Below are positions 58,201 through 64,000 of a stretch of DNA of 64,000 nucleotides, in pieces. The first letter of the stretch is position 1; every line of letters starts with the position of its first letter. The DNA lies in NCBI RefSeq assembly GCF_030144855.1, contig NC_082713.1, forward strand, positions 75,702,001 through 75,766,000, in the 5' to 3' direction. Both the position numbers and the translations under genes were made by a program. This DNA is from Hypanus sabinus. Taxonomy: Eukaryota. The notes beneath the pieces are model-generated. The model saw nothing but the letters and a program-made list of their open reading frames with translations. It had not been told where the DNA came from and did no database searches.

Positions 58201-61200
58201 CTATCCAACCCTGGGTGCCATCTGTGTGCAGTTTGCACATTCTCCCAGCGACCACATGCCCTTTTCTCCCACATCCCAAAGACAGATGGGTTAGAGGGTC
58301 AATTGCCATTGTACATTGTGTGTAGGTGAGGGGCAGAATCTGAGTTCATGGGAATGCAGAGAGGACAAAATGGGATTCAGGTAGGATTAATTTAAGTAGG
58401 TGGTTGATGGTCAGTGGTCCTTTTAGACTGAGGGTCAAGGGGCATGTTTCCCTGTTGTATCTCTCTCTGATTCAAAACCTCATGGGCAGGCTAGAAAAGG
58501 GGTAGAGGGGCAGCATTGTGGGGTTAGCCCACCATTGGTACTCACATAGTCAGCCAGGTGTTTTATCCCGCTGGGGAAGCGCAGGGGGTCGGGCTGCAGG
58601 CGATTGTTACTGTCCCTCCTGGCTGCCAGCCAGCAGTCATCGATACAGACGTATTCGTAGCCAGCATCCTTCCAGCCCTCCACTGCCATGATGTCAGCCA
58701 TCTGCATGTAGAGTTGCTCGCTGCAGCAGAGAGAGGGACATAAGACAAACTCAGTAGGTCACTCACAGAGTCCGTTACCTGGCACTGTGGAAAGTTACAG
58801 TGAACCCTGCAGCGAACATGGCGCTTAAGCTCCTCACAAAGCTTGGGCAGAGCTGCAAGCCAGCACTGCGTTGCCACTTTTGGTAAAAAGTGACCGTACC
58901 TGGTGAGAACTGTTAGGAGCATTCCCAAAGGCTTCAGAAATACTTCCAATAGAACAGAAGAGAAGCTTTATGTAAGCCAACTAACTTAGTTACAGTGGTG
59001 CTAGAAAGTTTGATAACCCTGCAGAATATTCTCAAATTCTGCATAAATATGATCTAAAGTATAATCAGGTATTCACGCGTCCAAAAACTGGATAAAGGGA
59101 ACCCAATTAAATATATAACACAAAAATATTATATTTGTTCAGTTATTTATTGAGAAAGGATGATGCAATATTACACGTATTTGTTGGAAAAAGTTTGTGA
59201 ACCTCTGGGGTAATGCCTTCCACGAAAGCTGCTTGGAGTCAGGTGTTCCAATCAACAGGATGAGATTAGAGGTGCAGGTCGGAGAGAACCAGAAGGTCAG
59301 GTTACTGACAGAGCCTGCTCTTCTCAAGAAAGATCTGTTTATGTGTACCAACTTTCAGAGGAAGAACTGTAGAGATGCATCAAGCTGGAAAAAGGCTACA
59401 AAAGCATTTCTAAAAGGCTGAGTGTTTGTCAGTCCACAGTAAGAGAAAGTGTCCACAAATGGAGGAAACTGCCCTCCCTAGGAGTGGGCATCATGCAAAG
59501 ATCACACCAACAGCACAACGTGCAATGCTGAAGAGGTGAAAAAGAACCCAAGGGTAACAGCAAAAGGCCTATAGAAATCTCTAGAACTTGCTAAAGTCCC
59601 TGTTCACGTGTCCAACATAAGAAAAACACTGAACGAGAATGGTGTCCATGGAAGGACACCACAGAGGACCACTGCTCTTCAAAAAAAAAACATTGCTGCA
59701 TGTCTCAAGTTTGCAAAAGACCACCTGGATTTTCTACAACACTTCCGGGGAAATGTTCTGTGGACAGGTGAGATGGAAGTTGAACTTCTTGGCAGAAATC
59801 CACATTGCTATGTTTGGAGGACAAAGGGCACTGCATACCAACACCAAAACCTCATCCCAGCTGTGAAGCACGGTGGACGAAGCATCATGGTTTGGGGCTG
59901 CTTTGCTGCCTCAGGGCCTGGACAGCTTGCAATCACTGAGGGAACAATGAATTCAAAATTGTAACAAGACATTTTACAGGAGAACGTCAGGGTAGCAGTC
60001 TGTCACCTGAAACTTAATAGAAGTTTGATAATGAAACAAGACAATGATCCAAAAGACAAGAGTAAATCAACAACAGAATGGTTTAAAAAGAAGAAAATTC
60101 ATGTTTTGGAGTGGCCAAATCAAAGTCCTGATCTTAATCCTATAGAAATGTTGTAGAAGCACTTGGGTTCCTTTTCACCTCCTTCAGCATTGCAAGTTTT
60201 GTAAGGAGTAACGGCCAAGCTGATGTTCATGGCTGTTATGTACCCCTCGGGTTCGTTTTGTCTGTGGACTGTCACTTTAAAATGCCAGGAGAATGAGACT
60301 GACTTTTGGACACTGTCTGGGGGTGAGGGAGAGGGTGAGAGGGGAAGAGAGGGTGAGAGGGAGGGGGAGGGGGAGAGATATTTGATGTACAATGAAGGTT
60401 TATGGTTTCTCGTGACTTGTTTTGAATATACAAGGACACACAGACACACAGCTCAGAGTCAAGATGGATTCGGTCAATGGAAGAGTTGGTTGCTGGTTTG
60501 AACTTTCAGTAGCCCAAAAGGCGTGAGTTGAGATCGATCCAGAGTATTGATAAATAACTCTCAGGTTCTGCAACTAGAACAAGTTTGCAGAGAGGAGAGG
60601 AGAGGAGAGGAGAGGAAAGTCTGAAACAGAAGAAACCTAGTGACGAAGAGATCACTGTTTGGACTCTCTCTCCAAGTAGCCCGTGAGAGTGAAGTTTGTT
60701 TCCATTCAACTACGAAAGTGGGATTGTCACGTAGTTAATCCACAGGAGTTGGTTCTGTGGTGAGGGGAAACCTTTGTGAGTACCACAAAGTGTGTTTACC
60801 CTTTGCCTGGGTGTGGTAGTTCACTGAAGAAAGGCACCTCTGTGGCAAATCACTGTTGGAGTTATTTCGTATGTCATGGAACTGGATAAGTGGCTATCAC
60901 GTTGTGTGTGGTTGGGGTAACATTGTGGAATCTACCGGTGCGTCGACCCTTGCCTTGGTGGTGGTTCCCTTGGAGATGGTCCCCTTTGTGATAAGCTACT
61001 GTTGGTGATAATCCACTCGAGGGTTCGGTTTGAGTATCCTGTGGCCACCACTTTGGGGTGCCCCGCAGCTGAAGACAGGTGTGGTACCACTTGTGTTGAA
61101 AGGATATTCATTGAGGATCACTGTCAGTGATACTTCGTGTGTGGTGTGGAACAACTTTGGAGATAAAACCCACTGCCATTGTTATTGCTATTGCTATTGT

Positions 61201-61786
61201 CGTGGAATCTGTGGGACATCGATGTAATTGCCTTCTCACAACATTCTCCTTTGAATTACAAATATCTCGCATTAATTAACCTGAGCATTTGAACTCAACT
61301 TTTCCTACATTCCATCGTAAGGCTGTATCATTTACCACCTAAGGTTAAAGAAGTTTGGGGAATTATATATTTAATCCTATATATCACTTCCTTTCCTGCT
61401 CAGTCATTAATTATTTCTCTGTCGGTACCTGCAACTTTTGTTTTACTATCCACAACTCTACTTGTTTTCTTCAAACTTCCGAATCAGCTCGCTTCTATTT
61501 TTGACGCAGTGATTTACTGATCTCCCAACCCCGATCCTGCGGAATACCTCTAGTTACAGACCTCCCTGTCAAAATCACCGCTGGCCTTTCCTCTGCGATC
61601 CACTCCTCACCTGATGCAGTTGTGGGGATCGCTCCGGCAGTCGACATTACACATGAACCTCTCCCAGTGCAGCCAGCCCATGACCGGGGTCCGGGCCAGC
61701 CCGTTCTCCAGCCCCCGGGTTCCCCGGAGCAGCGCCGACCCGGCGATCAGAAACCCGAGCAGCCAGCCACAACCCCTCCGCTCCAT
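45863..61786 (-). CDS. GLA: Alpha-galactosidase A (GH27, lysosomal), gene model complement(join(45863..46216,47136..47333,47452..47613,56710..56801,57923..58100,58546..58720,61611..61786)), 444 aa
   Basis: 1335-nt ORF after splicing, all introns GT-AG. Internal exons are 175/178/92/162/198 nt, as in human GLA. Motifs: [26 protein letters not shown] (nucleophile), WRNYID (acid/base), WNDPDML. CEWPLY (E203/L206 type) separates GLA from NAGA (CSWPAY). Adjacent to RPL36A. Confidence 0.97.
47136..47333 (-). CDS. GLA: GLA exon 6 (198 bp)
   Basis: ggacag| LVIGNFGLS...[15 protein letters not shown] |gtgagt. Confidence 0.97.
47452..47613 (-). CDS. GLA: GLA exon 5 (162 bp)
   Basis: ttttccag| [23 protein letters not shown]...GGWNDPDM |gtgagt. 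Confidence 0.97.
47777..48693. repeat. Minisatellite, about 27 x 34 bp, in GLA intron 4
   Basis: Unit tgcgtccagtctctccggagcagaccgtctcctg; degenerates toward the right end. Confidence 0.95.
49810..51340 (-). mobile_element. CR1 LINE (internally deleted) in GLA intron 4
   Basis: [29 protein letters not shown]. Confidence 0.85.
53060..53750 (+). mobile_element. Rex1-type LINE RT and 3' end
   Basis: KFADNT, KTKELIID-like and [12 protein letters not shown] remnants. Confidence 0.75.
53797..55750 (-). mobile_element. Solo LTR with 4-bp TSD GTGG, interrupted by a Tigger element
   Basis: gtgg|TGTTAC...GTGACA|gtgg; on the - strand TATAAAG (55647-55653) and AATAAA (53862-53867). Confidence 0.8.
54091..54928 (+). 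mobile_element. Non-autonomous Tigger/pogo (TcMar) DNA transposon, MER2-like
   Basis: ta|CAGTC...tatccgcg left end and cgcggata..GACTG right end; internal remnant of the transposase N-terminal HTH ([11 protein letters not shown]...[20 protein letters not shown]). Confidence 0.85.
56710..56801 (-). CDS. GLA: GLA exon 4 (92 bp)
   Basis: ttttcag| [30 protein letters not shown] |gtaggg. Confidence 0.97.
56920..57747 (-). mobile_element. Solo LTR (828 bp) with 4-bp TSD CTGT, most of GLA intron 3
   Basis: ctgt|TGTTAC...GTAACA|ctgt. Confidence 0.85.
57923..58100 (-). CDS. GLA: GLA exon 3 (178 bp)
   Basis: ggcag| [13 protein letters not shown]...[15 protein letters not shown](G) |gtgagt. Confidence 0.97.
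58546..58720 (-). CDS. GLA: GLA exon 2 (175 bp)
   Basis: ctgcag| (S)EQLYMQMAD...CIDDCW...HLADY |gtgagt. Confidence 0.97.
58993..60165 (+). mobile_element. Tc1-like transposon (DD34E type), disrupted and 3'-truncated, in GLA intron 1
   Basis: ta|CAGTGG TIR start; [34 protein letters not shown]. Confidence 0.92.
60235..61380 (+). mobile_element. LTR related to the 53797-55750 solo LTR, opposite orientation
   Basis: 60535-60890 aligns to the reverse complement of 55228-55550 (roughly 80% by eye); right boundary uncertain. Confidence 0.7.
61611..61786 (-). CDS. GLA: GLA exon 1 coding part (about 25-aa signal peptide plus LENGLARTP...NCI)
   Basis: Strong Kozak context gcggcgATGG; donor CAG|gtgagg. 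Confidence 0.95.
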
Positions 61787-61839
61787 CGCCGCTCCACTTC
61801 CGCGAGAGTCAGCTGCCTGACTCGGCTGACTGACTGTGA

Positions 61840-61925
61840 AAAGAATCAATCAGAGCCTGCCCCCAGTTCAGACAGCCAATCGTCGATCGGGGGGCGGCGC
61901 CGGATCACTGATTGGTGACGGCTGA
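61840..61925. promoter_or_regulatory. GLA promoter: CCAAT (61876-61880), GC box GGGGCGG (61891-61897), reverse CCAAT (61911-61915)
   Basis: NF-Y-type agCCAATcg and ctgATTGGt flank an Sp1 site 90-130 bp upstream of the ATG in a CpG island. Confidence 0.75.
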
Positions 61926-62444
61926 GTCTGCGAAAGAGCTGGAGTTCAGTAACTTTATGAAGTTGGTGTCAAGGGCGAGGAGTCATCGTCGCTATCTCCT
62001 GATTCCTTCCACCTCACCCGTTGAGATAAAATAACATCCTTGCTCCTCTCTCCTGCTCTCTATCCTCTTCTCCCACAGTCCACCTATCTCCTACCTCCAT
62101 GCCCCGCGCTCTCTCCCATTCCCTCTCATCCACTCTTCCTCTTCACCTCCTGCCCTATACCCTTCACCTCTTTCTCCTTCCCCTGCTGTCTCTCTCATGT
62201 CCTCGCATCCTCCTCCAGCTCTCCCCTGCTCTCGACCCTCCCTTTCTCTGCTCCGACCTCTCGCCACTTCTCACCTCTTCCCCTCCTCTTTCCTCATTCA
62301 CTTCTCCTGTCCCATTGCCTGGACTCTCTCCAATGGGGGAGATGATCGCACAGCTCTCAGCCCAGGCAGAAGTGGGGTATAAATAAGAGCAGAGTGATTT
62401 AACACTCCCGGTATGCTTCTTTAAGGCACAAATAACTTTCTAAA

Positions 62445-62895
62445 AGAGTGGGAGTGAAAGGTTTATAGTATGAGGAGCACTTGATGACTATGCGCCTGGA
62501 ATTTTTAAGAATGGGGGAGGGGAGATCTCATTAAAACCTATCAAATGTTGAAAGGCCTAGATAGTGGATGTGGACAGGGTGCTTCCTGTAGAGTCTAGGA
62601 CCAGAGGACACAGCCTCAGTACAGAGGGACGTCCATTTAGAACGGAGATGAGGAGGAATTTCTTCAGCCATTGGGTGGTGAACCTGTGGAATTCATTGCT
62701 ACAGGAGGCTGTGGAGGCCAGGTCTTCGGATGTTAAGGTGGAGGTTGACAGGTTCTTGACTAGTCAGGCCATTAAAAGGTTACGGGGAGAAGGCAGGAGG
62801 ATGGGGTTGAGGGGAAATGGTTCAGCTATGATGAAATGGTGTAGCAGACTCGATGGGACGAATGGCCTAATTATGCTCCTTTATCTTAGGGTCTT
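62445..62895 (+). mobile_element. CR1 LINE 3' end upstream of GLA
   Basis: ESRTRGHSL...RRNFFSHWVVNLWNSL. Confidence 0.85.
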
Positions 62896-64000
62896 CTAAT
62901 AAGGAGAATTTAAAGCCCTGATAGTATTGAATAGCAGAAAAGGCCCAGTGAACAAAACGGATTAGTCCTGCTGAAAGAGCAGAAGGGGAGCTGGATCAAT
63001 CAAGTGTGAAAAGCATCCGTCGCCCATTTCCGGAGGTGCCAATTAGAGGTACCACAACTTTCCAAAGCTGTTCTGAAGATGCAGCAACCAAAGGCAGATA
63101 AAGTTAAACAAAATCTAAACTCAGGTAACACAGGAAAGCTACTGGCACAGAGGAGAGATTGGCTAATAACGGGAAAGAGTTGGGATAATGGGCCCTTTTT
63201 AAATCAGCAGTCAGTACATGGCAGGGGGATCGGTGCTGGGGACGCAGTTGTTACAGAGTTGGAAGGTCAGAACAATGTGGCAGAATCTGACCCTGATGGT
63301 TACAGATACAGATCTGGGACTTCAGGCTTCCCACCTTCTACCTGACTTTGACAGTGAGAAGAGGGCAAAGACCAGATGGAGGGTGACATTGATGATAGTA
63401 CCTGTGTAGATACTGTCAATGGTAGGGAGGACAGTATCACACTGTGTCCACCCCTCCCTGCAGTCTCTGTGATCCTGTGTATTGGAAACACTGCACCAGT
63501 CTGTCAAGGTCCACCCAACAACACACTGTAGACATTTATTTAGAGTGTTTGGAGACATCTCCTTAAGTTTCTAATAAAGCAGCAGTACTGACACACCTTT
63601 TTCATGAATGTACTTATGTGCTGGGTCAAGGACAGCTCATCTGAAATGCTAACACTCATGAACTTGAAGCTGCTAACTTTGAATGGTACTAATATATTCA
63701 CACCTCTAGTCCAAGTACTGCTTGTCTCTGAACAAAGGAATGTGCTTGCAATGGAAGAAGTGCAGAGAAACTTCACTGGGTCACTTCCTGGGATGAAGGT
63801 ATTAAAGGAACTTTGAGAGAGTTGGGCCAATGGACTCTAGGCACAGAAGAACGAGAGATGATCTTCTGCATTTAGATACCATTGGCCCAACTTATTGAAA
63901 CACGTAAGATTATGAGGAGGTAGAATGGGTGTATTTTGAAATAATCTTTCTTCCAGTGAGGTTTTCCAGAACTTCAGGATAAGGGGTAATTTGTTTGAGA

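Noticed and set aside
45863-61786. NAGA as an alternative identity
   Set aside because: CEWPLY specificity residues, 7-exon structure and RPL36A linkage all indicate GLA
61787-61849. Longer GLA N-terminus (MILFTVSQ...) from the ORF track
   Set aside because: Starts at a non-ATG codon; the ATG at 61786 has a strong Kozak context and is followed by a signal peptide

Overview
Eukaryotic vertebrate genomic DNA. The repeat content (V-SINE/HE1-type SINEs, CR1 and Rex1-type LINEs, Penelope-type elements) points to a cartilaginous fish, most likely a ray; the taxon is an inference. There are two complete spliced genes in tail-to-tail orientation, as at human Xq22. RPL36A (eL42) is on the + strand: 5 exons, CDS 18503-27395, 106 aa. 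GLA (alpha-galactosidase A) is on the - strand: 7 exons, CDS 61786-45863, 444 aa, with internal exon sizes equal to human. The rest is mostly decayed transposons (LINEs, SINEs, a Gypsy remnant, solo LTRs with TSDs, a Tc1 and a Tigger element), three minisatellites (89, 51 and 34 bp units) and a 149-bp inverted repeat. Most long ORFs in the track are repeat artefacts. The main leads are: (1) a dispersed Penelope-derived element family whose consensus is a minimal hammerhead ribozyme; (2) a GLA carrying Trp at the human Fabry position R356, plus a basic C-terminal extension; (3) a Tigger element that closely resembles mammalian MER2; (4) an inverted duplication fused to a Penelope terminus; and (5) a recursive-splice-type junction in RPL36A. 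Human comparisons are from recalled sequences and need alignment to confirm.
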